Below are positions 1 to 9,172 of a stretch of 64,000 nt of DNA, one piece after another. The position numbers were made by a program, and so were the translations under genes. The DNA is from Patescibacteria group bacterium (GTDB lineage: Bacteria > Patescibacteriota > JABMPQ01 > JAHIRA01): positions 10,600 to 74,599 of the forward strand of contig JAHISJ010000023.1 of assembly GCA_018818205.1 (NCBI GenBank), in the 5' to 3' direction. A model generated the notes under the pieces. The model saw nothing but the letters and a program-made list of their open reading frames with translations. It did no database searches and was not told the DNA's origin. How positions within the stretch are numbered: position 1 is the first letter of the stretch; every line of letters begins with the position of its first letter.

Positions 1-1943
1 TTGTAGTACTTACAGACGCGCAAAACAATACGGTTGATGTAAAGATAGGAGACACAGCAAACAAGACAATCCGTTCACCAAAAACGGTTGTCTTTGAAAG
101 TACATCAAAAACAAACGAGCTTAAAGAAAAAGCTCGAAGTGATGTGTCTGAAGTCTACACCGTGGATCAGTCTGCATACGCACGGCAAGAGGATACGGTA
201 AAAAAAGCGTTTGATACTATACAAGGTATTGCTTTAGATGAACAGATCTCGTTTTTTGAAAAAAAAGAAAAAATTGCACAGCTTCTTGAGTATACCATTG
301 AAGAAGACCACATTACTGCACTTATTCAAAAAGACGCACTAGCACTTCAAGAAACTGAGGATGATGTGCGCTCTGTGCTCCTTGATTTACAAAAATCTGA
401 GTTAATCTCTAAAGACACGCTTGTTGAAGTTAAAAAGCACGTTGGAAACAACATTAATTCTGATGTATCAATAAAGGAAAGAAGCCTTCGTGAGTCACTG
501 ATCAGACACTTCTTAATTACTAACACTCTTGTTGATCAAGAAAAAACTGGAGAAAGAGAAGGGAAGGCAGAAAGGGATGTGGAGCCGGTGTATTACCAAG
601 TGCAAAAGGATGAAATAATTGTTGCAAAGGGAAACGCTGTCGATGACGTAGCTATAGAAAAGCTCTCAGCAACAGGCTTACTTTCCCCAGACTTTGCCAT
701 GAAAGGGAAAATAGGGACGATCCTCCTTATTACGTTACTGAGCTTTCTTGCATGTATCTTTATCCTAAAAAATGTCTCACCTGAGAAGTATATCGTTGCA
801 GTTTCAAGCATCTTGTTCTTTGGGTCAATTATTTTAGTGTTTGTTTCTAAATACTTTTTTACAGAAAAACCTGTAGTCGCCTATATTATACCGCTTGCAG
901 CGTTTCCGGTGGTTATTAGCAAAATCGCAGGGGAGAGAGTTGGCTTTTTCTCGGTACTGTTTTTTTCCATTATTGTTTCCGTTGTTTCGGGAAACCTTAT
1001 GGATGTACTTATTATTCATTTGGTTGTTTCGTTTGTTGCACTCTTTCTCTTCCAGTCGCTTAAACAATTTTCTGACTTACTTAGGTCTGCGGTTATTCTG
1101 TTTTGTATTGACTTTGTGCTACTCCTTGCCTTTCATTTTCTTGCGGGAACATTGGATGTGGTAAAGATAACTGAACTTTTAGTAGTTGCTGCAGCATATT
1201 CATTTTCTACCGTTATCTTGCTCGTAGGGCTTCTTATTGTGCTGAGTGCGTTGTTCCATATTTCGACATTTCCAATACTTCTTGATTTGGCAAATCCCGC
1301 ATCGCCGCTTCTTAGAAGGTTATCAGTATCTGCTCCAGGAACGTATCATCACAGTCTTATTGTAAGTTCTCTTGCTGAACTAGCGGCAAAAAAAGTTGGT
1401 GCTGATGTATTGCTTTGTCGCGTTGCAGCGTACTATCATGATATTGGCAAATTAAAGAACCCGACTTTTTACATAGAGAATAGGAAAGAAAAACCAAAGG
1501 GGGAAATAGGTCCTCTAGAGGAGTCAGAAAAAATTATCAGTCACGTGAAGGAAGGAATAGCATTTGGAGAGAAATATAAGCTGCCAAATGAAATTATTGC
1601 TGCGATTTCTGAGCACCATGGTACGAGCGTAGTACTTTCTTCGTTTAATCGTGCAAAAAGTACCGACGATTCGGCATTCAGATATCCAGGTCCAAAGCCT
1701 CAAACGAGCGTATCCGCAATAATAATGCTTGCAGATTCTGTTGAAGCTTACGTTAGGGCGCAAGCTGATGATAAAAAATTTGATCTTGAGGTGGCAGTGT
1801 CAAAGATAATGTACGATAAACTTAATGATGGTCAGCTCGATAATTCTCCCCTTACTCTTCGCGATATAGAGAAAATTAAACGCTCATTTGTTAAAGTGTT
1901 AAAAGGGGTATATCATGACCGGATCTCATATGAAAAAGAATAA
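1..1943 (+). CDS. pgpH: 7TM receptor with intracellular HD phosphohydrolase domain (PgpH/YqfF-like, putative c-di-AMP phosphodiesterase). The 5' end runs off the window; the frame is open from nt 3 and the GTG at 144 is only the first in-window start.
   Basis: Multi-TM hydrophobic core (LLITLLSFLACIFIL..., VVISKIAGERVGFFSVLFF...). C-terminal HD motif HHSLIVSSLAELAAKKVGADVLLCRVAAYYHDIGK. No stop codon upstream in frame back to nt 3. Gene order pgpH-ybeY-dgkA as in Bacillus yqfF-ybeY-dgkA. Confidence 0.7.
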   Translation, partial: VVLTDAQNNTVDVKIGDTANKTIRSPKTVVFESTSKTNELKEKARSDVSEVYTVDQSAYARQEDTVKKAFDTIQGIALDEQISFFEKKEKIAQLLEYTIEEDHITALIQKDALALQETEDDVRSVLLDLQKSELISKDTLVEVKKHVGNNINSDVSIKERSLRESLIRHFLITNTLVDQEKTGEREGKAERDVEPVYYQVQKDEIIVAKGNAVDDVAIEKLSATGLLSPDFAMKGKIGTILLITLLSFLACIFILKNVSPEKYIVAVSSILFFGSIILVFVSKYFFTEKPVVAYIIPLAAFPVVISKIAGERVGFFSVLFFSIIVSVVSGNLMDVLIIHLVVSFVALFLFQSLKQFSDLLRSAVILFCIDFVLLLAFHFLAGTLDVVKITELLVVAAAYSFSTVILLVGLLIVLSALFHISTFPILLDLANPASPLLRRLSVSAPGTYHHSLIVSSLAELAAKKVGADVLLCRVAAYYHDIGKLKNPTFYIENRKEKPKGEIGPLEESEKIISHVKEGIAFGEKYKLPNEIIAAISEHHGTSVVLSSFNRAKSTDDSAFRYPGPKPQTSVSAIIMLADSVEAYVRAQADDKKFDLEVAVSKIMYDKLNDGQLDNSPLTLRDIEKIKRSFVKVLKGVYHDRISYEKE

Positions 1944-2391
1944 CTGTGTGCTAGAGTATTCCTGGGATAATGACTATTTTAAAAAGAGTTTTTTTGATAG
2001 AATAAATCAGGAGATTATCCTTGCAGAAGTGATAAACAAACCAGTGGAAGTATCACTTTCTCTCGTTGATGATGCTACTATTCGTCAGTATAATGCTCAG
2101 TTTCGCAACAAGGATACCGCAACAGACGTTCTGGCTTTCGCTGAAAAAGATAAAGAAGTTTCATGGCCGGATGAAAAAGAAAAAAACTACTTGGGTGAGA
2201 TCCTGATTTCAGTTGATACTGCAAAAAAACAGGCAAAAGAGCACAAACACAGTTTGTCAGATGAGGTCGCGTGGCTGTACATACATGGATTCTTGCATCT
2301 ATTGGGGTATGATCATGAAATAAGTAAAAAAGAAGCACAAAGAATGGGGGAAAAGACGCAAGAAATATTTTTGAACATTAAAGAGAAATAA
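1915..2391 (+). CDS. ybeY: endoribonuclease YbeY (rRNA maturation factor)
   Basis: Zinc-binding motif HGFLHLLGYDHE (H3xH5xH). About 150 aa. Sits between pgpH-like and dgkA. Confidence 0.8.
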   Translation: MTGSHMKKNNCVLEYSWDNDYFKKSFFDRINQEIILAEVINKPVEVSLSLVDDATIRQYNAQFRNKDTATDVLAFAEKDKEVSWPDEKEKNYLGEILISVDTAKKQAKEHKHSLSDEVAWLYIHGFLHLLGYDHEISKKEAQRMGEKTQEIFLNIKEK

Positions 2392-2771
2392 TGTCATTTC
2401 TTAATCCCGTACGTCTGTTAAAGAGTTTTAAATATGCTAGTACTGGTTTTTTTGAACTCGTAAAAACAGAGCAAAACATTAGAATCCATCTTATACTGAC
2501 TGCCATAGTAGTAGTGCTTATGTTCTATTTTAGGACCACTATTCTTGAAACGAGTGTCCTTATTATTTCGATTGTAATTGTGCTACTGGCAGAGATTATT
2601 AACTCAGTGTTAGAGCGTATTGTTGATATCATTAAACCAAGACTTACACCAGAGGCACGGACAATGAAGGATATTATGGCCGCAATGGTGCTTATGTCAT
2701 CGTTTGGCGCAGTTATTATTGGTCTTCTTATTTTTGTCCCCAAGATTATTGATAAAATTGATATGGTATAG
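2391..2771 (+). CDS. dgkA: diacylglycerol/undecaprenol kinase (DgkA family)
   Basis: 126 aa with 3 TM helices. Motif EIINSVLERIVD matches the DgkA E-x-NSAIE-x-vD signature. ATGA overlap with ybeY. Confidence 0.7.
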   Translation: MSFLNPVRLLKSFKYASTGFFELVKTEQNIRIHLILTAIVVVLMFYFRTTILETSVLIISIVIVLLAEIINSVLERIVDIIKPRLTPEARTMKDIMAAMVLMSSFGAVIIGLLIFVPKIIDKIDMV

Positions 2772-2864
2772 TAAACTATACTTGTATTCATTGTGGAATT
2801 CGATGAAGTCCTTTGAGCGTTGTTAAAACGAAAGGGCAAACTATAAAAAATAAAAAAACCTGAT

Positions 2865-4106
2865 ATGGCAAAAGAGGATATCATTGTTGGGATAGACGTC
2901 GGTTCGTATCATATTCGAACAGTGATTGCTCAATTAAATGTAGAACAGCAAGGTAAGCCACGTATCATTGGTGTTGGTGAGTCTCTTTCAAGTGGAATTA
3001 GAAAGGGAGTTATTGTTGACGTTGAAGAAGCGGTGAGCAGCATCTCAGCAGCTTTGGAAAAAGCTGAACGTACTGGCGGTGTTCCCGTTGAGCGTGCATT
3101 TGTGTCGGTAAGCGGCTCTCATATCCTTGCACAAAAGAGCAAGGGTGTCGTTGCAGTGTCCAGGGCAGATAGTGAGATCACTGAAGAAGATATAGGTAGG
3201 GCAATAGAAGCAGCGTCAGCAGTGTCTGTGCCGCCAAACCATGAGATTCTGCACGTACTTCCACAAAACTTCACCGTAGATGACCAATCAGGTATAAAAG
3301 ACCCCGTTGGAATGAATGGTATTCGGTTAGAGGTGGAAGCGCTTATTATTGAAGGATCTGTTTCATATCTTAAAAATCTTACTAAGTGTATCCATCGTGT
3401 TGGTGTTGATCTTGAATCATTTGTGGTTACCCCGCTTGCGGCAAGCATGTCAGTGCTTTCAAAAAGGCAACGTGAACTTGGCGTAGCACTTATTGATATT
3501 GGTGCAGGAACTACCGGTCTTTCTGTATACGAGGAAGGGGATGTGCTTCATGTGGCAATTCTTCCAGTGGGTTCTGAGCATATTACTAATGACCTAGCGA
3601 TTGGTCTGAGGACCTCTGTAGATATTGCTGAAAAGATTAAAATCTCATATGGAACTGCGCTCGCGTCAGAAATTGATAAGAAAGAAGAAATTAATCTTTC
3701 TAAACTAGACAAAGGTGAAGAAGCAGTTGTATCTCGTAAACGAGTTGCTGAAATAGTCGAGGCACGTCTTTCAGAAATTTTCTCACTTGTAGATAAAGAA
3801 CTTAAAAAAATTGGTAGGTCAGGCAAACTTCCTGGTGGGGTAGTCCTAGTTGGCGGTGGTGCAAAAATTGCCGGTATTGTTGATCTCGCTAAAGAAGAGC
3901 TTCGTCTTCCGGCGCAAGTTGGGTTTCCAGAAAACCTACCAGGTATCTCTGATAAGATGGATGATCCAGTATATGCTGTTGCACAAGGTCTTGCACTATG
4001 GGCTATTGAAAACAAAGATAGTGACTCTTCTTTTGGATCGACTATGGTGAATGCACAGCAAATGGCTGGTAGAGTAAAAAAATGGTTCAAGAATTTCCTT
4101 CCTTAA
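2865..4106 (+). CDS. ftsA: cell division protein FtsA (actin-like ATPase)
   Basis: IVGIDVGSYHIR (phosphate-1), LIDIGAGTTGLSVY (phosphate-2), VVLVGGGAKIAG (adenosine motif). Immediately upstream of ftsZ. Confidence 0.9.
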   Translation: MAKEDIIVGIDVGSYHIRTVIAQLNVEQQGKPRIIGVGESLSSGIRKGVIVDVEEAVSSISAALEKAERTGGVPVERAFVSVSGSHILAQKSKGVVAVSRADSEITEEDIGRAIEAASAVSVPPNHEILHVLPQNFTVDDQSGIKDPVGMNGIRLEVEALIIEGSVSYLKNLTKCIHRVGVDLESFVVTPLAASMSVLSKRQRELGVALIDIGAGTTGLSVYEEGDVLHVAILPVGSEHITNDLAIGLRTSVDIAEKIKISYGTALASEIDKKEEINLSKLDKGEEAVVSRKRVAEIVEARLSEIFSLVDKELKKIGRSGKLPGGVVLVGGGAKIAGIVDLAKEELRLPAQVGFPENLPGISDKMDDPVYAVAQGLALWAIENKDSDSSFGSTMVNAQQMAGRVKKWFKNFLP

Positions 4107-4149
4107 AGTAGACGAGTAACATATGTGTTCAATTTATCCACATGGGTGA

Positions 4150-4177
4150 TTGTGCCTTCGGATTCCTTTGGTATAAT
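4150..4177 (+). promoter_or_regulatory. sigma70-like promoter for ftsZ (TTGTGC-16 nt-TGgTATAAT, extended -10)
   Basis: -35 at 4150-4155, -10 at 4172-4177 with TG at -15/-14. Followed by hairpin AAGGTT..AACCTT plus U-run (4178-4206) in the leader. Confidence 0.45.
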
Positions 4178-4232
4178 AAGGTTGCTTTAAAACCTTATTT
4201 TTTATTATAAAAAGGGAAAGTAACCAAAAACT

Positions 4233-5369
4233 ATGGAAATTAAACCGGAACTAGAGACATTCGCAAAGATAAAAGTGTTGGGTGTCGGAGGCGGAGGAAA
4301 CTCAGCGGTAAGCAGAATGGCTGAGTCAGGAATGAGAGGTATAGAATTTATTGCGGTCAATTCTGATGCTCAAGCTCTTCATTCATCAGGTATAGAAAAA
4401 AAGATTCACATTGGGAAGGAACTCACCAAAGGGCTTGGTGCCGGTATGAATCCAGAGATAGGAAGACAAGCTGCAGAGGAAGATGAGACTGAAATCAGAG
4501 AGGCTTTAGATGGAGCCGACATGGTTTTTATTACGTGTGGTCTTGGCGGCGGTACCGGTACAGGTGCTGCGCCAGCTATTGCAGAAATTGCCCGTGATCT
4601 TGGTACGTTAACCTTGGGTGTAGTTACAAAGCCATTTAGTTTTGAAGGATCACAAAGACGAGAAATTGCAAATAAGGGGCATCTTGAGCTTGAAGATAAA
4701 GTGGACAGCCTTATCACTATTCCAAACGATAAATTGCTACAACTTATTGATAAAAAAACCAGTCTTGTTGACGCGTTTGAAGTTGTTGATGATGTCCTGA
4801 AACAAGGTGTTCAAGGAATATCCGATCTTATCACTATCCCCGGTATTGTTAATGTCGACTTTGCTGACGTTAAAGCTATTATGCAGGGAACGGGGTCAGC
4901 CTGGATGGGTATTGGAAGAGCATCAGGAGAAAATAGAGCCGTTGAAGCGGCTAAGGCAGCAATTGCGAGCCCACTTCTTGAACTCTCTATCGGTGGTGCA
5001 AAGGGTGTTCTCTTTAACATTGCAGGTGGCGAAGATCTAGGTATGTTTGAGATCGATGAGGCTGCACGAGTAGTAACAGAATCGGTTGATCCAGACGCAA
5101 AGATCATCTTTGGTGCGGTAAGAGACCAAGACCTAACCAATGAAATAAAGATAACTGTTATTGCTACAGGGTTTGCAGAAGCAGCAAGAGATAGGCAGGA
5201 AGACACAACAACAGAGGCAAAAACTGGCTTCTTTGGTAAAAAAGAAGAGAAGCCGCTTATGACCGCAACACCAGGGTTTTCCTATAAAAACTCTGATACT
5301 GAAAAAGAAGATACAACAGAAGAGGATGAGTTGGATATCCCTGCATTTATTCGTAAGAAAATGAAGTAG
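4233..5369 (+). CDS. ftsZ: cell division GTPase FtsZ
   Basis: Tubulin signature [12 protein letters not shown]; N-terminal [13 protein letters not shown]; acidic C-terminal tail with DIPAFIRKK. Confidence 0.95.
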   Translation: MEIKPELETFAKIKVLGVGGGGNSAVSRMAESGMRGIEFIAVNSDAQALHSSGIEKKIHIGKELTKGLGAGMNPEIGRQAAEEDETEIREALDGADMVFITCGLGGGTGTGAAPAIAEIARDLGTLTLGVVTKPFSFEGSQRREIANKGHLELEDKVDSLITIPNDKLLQLIDKKTSLVDAFEVVDDVLKQGVQGISDLITIPGIVNVDFADVKAIMQGTGSAWMGIGRASGENRAVEAAKAAIASPLLELSIGGAKGVLFNIAGGEDLGMFEIDEAARVVTESVDPDAKIIFGAVRDQDLTNEIKITVIATGFAEAARDRQEDTTTEAKTGFFGKKEEKPLMTATPGFSYKNSDTEKEDTTEEDELDIPAFIRKKMK

Positions 5370-5397
5370 TTTCGTAGTAAAGAAAATGCTATACTAA

Positions 5398-5423
5398 TAG
5401 GGTCAAAACTGACCCTATTTTTT
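5398..5423 (+). terminator. intrinsic terminator after ftsZ (TAGGGTC-AAAACT-GACCCTA + T6). The T-run abuts the ATG of the next gene.
   Basis: 7-bp perfect stem, 6-nt loop, TTTTTT. Seen directly. Confidence 0.6.
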
Positions 5424-5666
5424 ATGTCCAAAGACACCTCTGCATTAATCATTTCTGTCACGGTGATCCCTCGTGCTAAGAAACAAGAAGTAATTCCTTT
5501 GTCGGAGACCCAGTATAAAGTAAAAGTGCACGATGCTCCTGAAAAGGGTAAAGCGAACAAAGAAGTTGTACGGTTGTTAGCAGATTATTTTAAAGTGAAC
5601 AAAAGAAATGTTCGTATAGTAAAAGGGGAAACAGGGCGTAGTAAAATTGTAGAAGTTCATCAATAG
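5424..5666 (+). CDS. DUF167/YggU-family small protein (UPF0235)
   Basis: 80 aa. Contains KGKANKEVVRLLADYF...VRIVKGETGRSKIVEV, typical of the YggU fold. Confidence 0.55.
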   Translation: MSKDTSALIISVTVIPRAKKQEVIPLSETQYKVKVHDAPEKGKANKEVVRLLADYFKVNKRNVRIVKGETGRSKIVEVHQ

Positions 5667-5693
5667 AACGTTTGGGTAAAACCTATTTATAAA

Positions 5694-5718
5694 AAGCGGA
5701 GAAATAGCCGCTTTTTTT
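5694..5718 (+). terminator. intrinsic terminator (AAGCGG-loop-CCGCTT + T7) abutting the ComEC start
   Basis: 6-bp GC-rich stem, 8-nt loop, TTTTTTT running into ATG 5719. Confidence 0.55.
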
Positions 5719-7209
5719 ATGATTCAAACTATTTCAAAGTCGCAAATCTTTTTTTATTGCTTGGTGGCATGCATAGCCGGTAACATCTTTTTTGGAGTGA
5801 CTAAAAGTATTGAAGCAGTCTTTGCAGTATGTGTGCTTGGGATCATCTTGTATGTCCTATTTTTTCGCTTTTCTCCCTTTGTATTTTTACTTATAATAGT
5901 TTGCTTTTTTTGCAGTGCATTGTTTTTTTGGAGTACGCTTGAAGAGCGAACGACCCATCCACTCACACAAGTGTATGAGGAAGATATTTCATTTGAAGGA
6001 CGTATAGTAGGTGACGTAGAAAAAAATAGCGAGAAACAACGTTTGCGAGTACTCGTAGAGACAGTAAATGGAGAGCTTTTAGATCAACCAAAAACACGGA
6101 TTCTAGTAAACACTATGCTTTTTCCAGAATACAGGTATGGAGACCGGGTACAGGTTTCTGGGATACTCAAAGAAGGAGGAATAATTGAAGATTTTAATTA
6201 CGGAGACTATTTACTTAAAGACAATATCATTGGTGCTATCTATAGAGCAAAAGTTACAAAACTAAGCGAAGAAGGCGGTCCCTTAAGTAGTATTTACGTA
6301 ATAAAAGGTGCTTTTACACGTACCATTAATATCTTGCTCCCAGAGCCGGAGGCATCGTTTTTAGCAGGCCTACTCATTGGTGAACGTCGGTCAATTCCAG
6401 ATGAGGTGCTCGATGCGTTTAATAAAACGGGAACAACACACATCATAGCAATCTCCGGGTACAACATTACGCTCATTTCATCAATTATCCTCTCTATGCT
6501 GAAGGGACGGGTATCGAGACGTATGAGTACTCTCATTATTATTGCAAGCCTCACGGTGTTTGTGCTTATAACCGGAGCATCAGCATCGGTCGTTCGTGCT
6601 GCTGTTATGGGTTCAATTGTACTTATATCAAAAATGTCCGGACGTCTTTCAGACGTTAAGAATGTTCTTGCATTGAGCGCTGTGCTTATGTTGATACAAA
6701 ATCCGTTTGTCCTTACGTATGACATTGGGTTTCAGCTGTCATATGTATCTACCATTGGTCTTGTCTACTTTGCAAAGCCCTGTGAACGTCTCTGTTTTTT
6801 TGTCCCAAAGAAAGGAGGTCTGAGGGAGGCATTAGCTTTGACACTAGCTTCTCAAATCGCGACTCTTCCCATTGTTATTTTAAATTTCAAACGCATATCA
6901 CTTATTGCCCCGCTTGCAAATCTGCTCATTGCGCCATTTATTCCTCTGGGAATGGCAACGGGGTTTTTTGCAGTAGTGATTGGTTTTTTGAGTACCGATG
7001 TTGGCATGGTAGCTTCGTGGGTATCCTACCTTATTTTACATACCATCGTTGCCATTATTATGTATCTCTCAAAGCTTTCATATATTGTTATTGATATTCA
7101 AAAATCGCATGTACCACTTTCAGTGATGATCTGGTCACTCGGACTTACTTTGTGGTTTGGTATTAAACGGTTACACTATGCACGAGCAAAAATCAGCCCA
7201 AAAAACTAA
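5719..7209 (+). CDS. comEC: DNA internalization competence protein ComEC/Rec2, N-terminal DUF4131 plus Competence membrane domain (first of two overlapping ORFs)
   Basis: About 10 TM segments. Competence-domain motif TGTTHIIAISGYNITLISSIIL. C-terminal TM bundle. Confidence 0.75.
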   Translation: MIQTISKSQIFFYCLVACIAGNIFFGVTKSIEAVFAVCVLGIILYVLFFRFSPFVFLLIIVCFFCSALFFWSTLEERTTHPLTQVYEEDISFEGRIVGDVEKNSEKQRLRVLVETVNGELLDQPKTRILVNTMLFPEYRYGDRVQVSGILKEGGIIEDFNYGDYLLKDNIIGAIYRAKVTKLSEEGGPLSSIYVIKGAFTRTINILLPEPEASFLAGLLIGERRSIPDEVLDAFNKTGTTHIIAISGYNITLISSIILSMLKGRVSRRMSTLIIIASLTVFVLITGASASVVRAAVMGSIVLISKMSGRLSDVKNVLALSAVLMLIQNPFVLTYDIGFQLSYVSTIGLVYFAKPCERLCFFVPKKGGLREALALTLASQIATLPIVILNFKRISLIAPLANLLIAPFIPLGMATGFFAVVIGFLSTDVGMVASWVSYLILHTIVAIIMYLSKLSYIVIDIQKSHVPLSVMIWSLGLTLWFGIKRLHYARAKISPKN

Positions 7210-8074
7210 GCTCATCTGGGTACTAAAAGCATTGAGCATTCTACTGATCGCCGCATCAGTCATTTCGGTTATGATTGCGTATTCACGTTCAAAGAAGGAT
7301 GCGGTGGTTGCATTTCTTGATGTTGGACAGGGCGATGCCATCTATATCAGATCTTCTGATACTGATATTCTCATTGATGGCGGGGCAACTGCTGATGTTA
7401 TAGAGAAACTGTCAAAAGAAATGCCTTTTTTTGATAAAACGATTGAACTTATGGTCATGACACACGCTGATGCTGATCATGCCGTAGGACTTGTTGAAGT
7501 TATGAAGAGGTATGAGGTGCTTAAGGTTATAGAGAGTGGTATAACGTGCCATAAAGAGCTGTGCCAGGAATGGGAACGAATTATTGATGAAAAAGGAATA
7601 GATAGGGAATTTGTATATGCAGGAAAGGAATATGTACTCCCAGAGGGAAGGCTAACTGTAGTACATCCGATTGTATCACATGCGGGAATGACGGTAGACG
7701 ACATGAACGAAGCATCGGTTGTCACCTGTCTTACACTCCGTGGCAAAAGCTTCTTACTTACCGGAGACCTTGGGGTAGAAAATGAAAGAAAACTTGTTGA
7801 GCAGGATAATGGCGGGCTCTGCATGGATGCATTGGCTCTTAAGGCTGGGCATCATGGCTCAAAGCATTCAAGCAGCGAAGAAATAATCGAGTATACAAAC
7901 CCTGAATACACGATCATTTCAGCGGGAAAGGACAACAGTTTTGGCCATCCTCACTATGAGGTGATCACGCGCTTTTCCGAGTACACTATCCCCCTGATAG
8001 AAACAGCCAAAAGCGGCACAATCCGATTTGTGTTAGCTGAGGATGGGTCGTATGAAATTAAAACAGATCGTTAA
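7157..8074 (+). CDS. comEC: ComEC C-terminal metallo-beta-lactamase domain, in the +1 frame relative to the upstream ORF (split gene or frameshift)
   Basis: VAFLDVGQGDAIYI, MTHADADHAVGL (HxHxDH), GHHGSKHSS. Overlaps the upstream ComEC ORF by 53 nt in a different frame. Confidence 0.75.
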   Translation: MVLNGYTMHEQKSAQKTKLIWVLKALSILLIAASVISVMIAYSRSKKDAVVAFLDVGQGDAIYIRSSDTDILIDGGATADVIEKLSKEMPFFDKTIELMVMTHADADHAVGLVEVMKRYEVLKVIESGITCHKELCQEWERIIDEKGIDREFVYAGKEYVLPEGRLTVVHPIVSHAGMTVDDMNEASVVTCLTLRGKSFLLTGDLGVENERKLVEQDNGGLCMDALALKAGHHGSKHSSSEEIIEYTNPEYTIISAGKDNSFGHPHYEVITRFSEYTIPLIETAKSGTIRFVLAEDGSYEIKTDR

Positions 8075-9087
8075 ATACTTGCGTAAACCTCAATCAGCTT
8101 CTTTGCAAACGAATCCATATCATATTTCCTAGCAAGGGCATCCGATTCATCTTGCCACGTGTGTAAATAGTCAAGGTCCGTATGTAATTTTGAAATTTCT
8201 AACGTAAAAGAATCAACGTCTTTCCCTTTAAGGTAATGTGCAAAGAGGGAATTTCTATACTCTTTAATATCACGGAGGACTAGAGGAAGGTGGGTAGCGC
8301 TTGCCTCAATCGTTGCAAAAGAAAAGTTCTCATGATGAGAAGGCATAAAATACACATCAGCTGCGGCATAATACCCAGGCATGTCTGAGTATTCAACTGT
8401 TTCGGTAAAAATAACGTTTGAGGGATGGTTTTCGATGATCTCAGAAAGTTCAGCGTATCCTGCGGTTAATTTTCCATATGGCCTGCCACCAACCCACACA
8501 AACGTTGCGTTTGGAAGTTTTCTCGCAACAGCAACAAAGTCTCTAACCCCTTTTCTTGGTTGAATTTGACCCACACTGAGTATCACAAAAGCATCTTTAC
8601 TAATCTTCAGCCTACTTCTGATTAGATCCCTTTTTGTATTATCTGGCTTAAACGTTTCTCTATCAACACTGTTGCACAGCACCACAATAGAGCTCGTCAC
8701 GCCAAGAATCTCAAGTTCCTTTTTTACCTGCGGCGAAACGGCGATGACAGTTTGTGCACGATTATACGCTATCTTTAAATACCATTTGGCAAGTGGCTTC
8801 CAAATTGTGCTAAAAACAAGACTACCATCAAAGGAATCGGGGACCACATGGGCTGATACAATCATTTTGTGCTTGTGTCTTAACGAAGCAAGAATGTATT
8901 TGGGACCAATCGTTTCGGAATGGATGACGTCACAAGTTGAGTTGCTCCCGTTTACTGTGTACTGGATCTTTTTGTTTTTTAGTACCTGTAAAAGCTCAAC
9001 GTATGCGGTGTAGACGCCGTTTGCAGTGCCAACAAATTTTTCACTGATAATATTTATACGCATTTTCTTGGCAGTACAATACATCAA
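8071..9087 (-). CDS. glycosyltransferase family 4 (GT-B, group 1)
   Basis: N-terminal MRINIISEKFVGTANGVYTAYVEL (GT4 N-domain). C-terminal FMPSHHENFSFATIEASATHLPLVLRD (GT4 E-x7-E region). Confidence 0.7.
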   Translation of the reverse strand: MMYCTAKKMRINIISEKFVGTANGVYTAYVELLQVLKNKKIQYTVNGSNSTCDVIHSETIGPKYILASLRHKHKMIVSAHVVPDSFDGSLVFSTIWKPLAKWYLKIAYNRAQTVIAVSPQVKKELEILGVTSSIVVLCNSVDRETFKPDNTKRDLIRSRLKISKDAFVILSVGQIQPRKGVRDFVAVARKLPNATFVWVGGRPYGKLTAGYAELSEIIENHPSNVIFTETVEYSDMPGYYAAADVYFMPSHHENFSFATIEASATHLPLVLRDIKEYRNSLFAHYLKGKDVDSFTLEISKLHTDLDYLHTWQDESDALARKYDMDSFAKKLIEVYASI

Positions 9088-9172
9088 AAAAAGGTTTTTG
9101 TCCAGTTTTTAATCGATGTGAGAAATGTGAACCATTTTGAGATGACAGAACTCTCCTTTTCTATTATCATAG

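Noticed and set aside
3548-4090. 180-aa minus-strand ORF, plus many other 60-180-aa antisense ORFs inside ftsA, ftsZ, rplB, fusA, tuf, eno etc.
   Set aside because: They lie entirely within well-supported conserved genes on the opposite strand and have biased, low-complexity (Ser/Pro/Ile-rich) translations typical of antisense frames.
4178-4206. Hairpin plus U-run (AAGGTT-GCTTTAA-AACCTT-ATTTTTT) read as a terminator between ftsA and ftsZ
   Set aside because: It lies downstream of a good extended -10 promoter and only about 27 nt before the ftsZ ATG. It is more likely a 5'-UTR structure or attenuator than a full terminator, and the call is left ambiguous.
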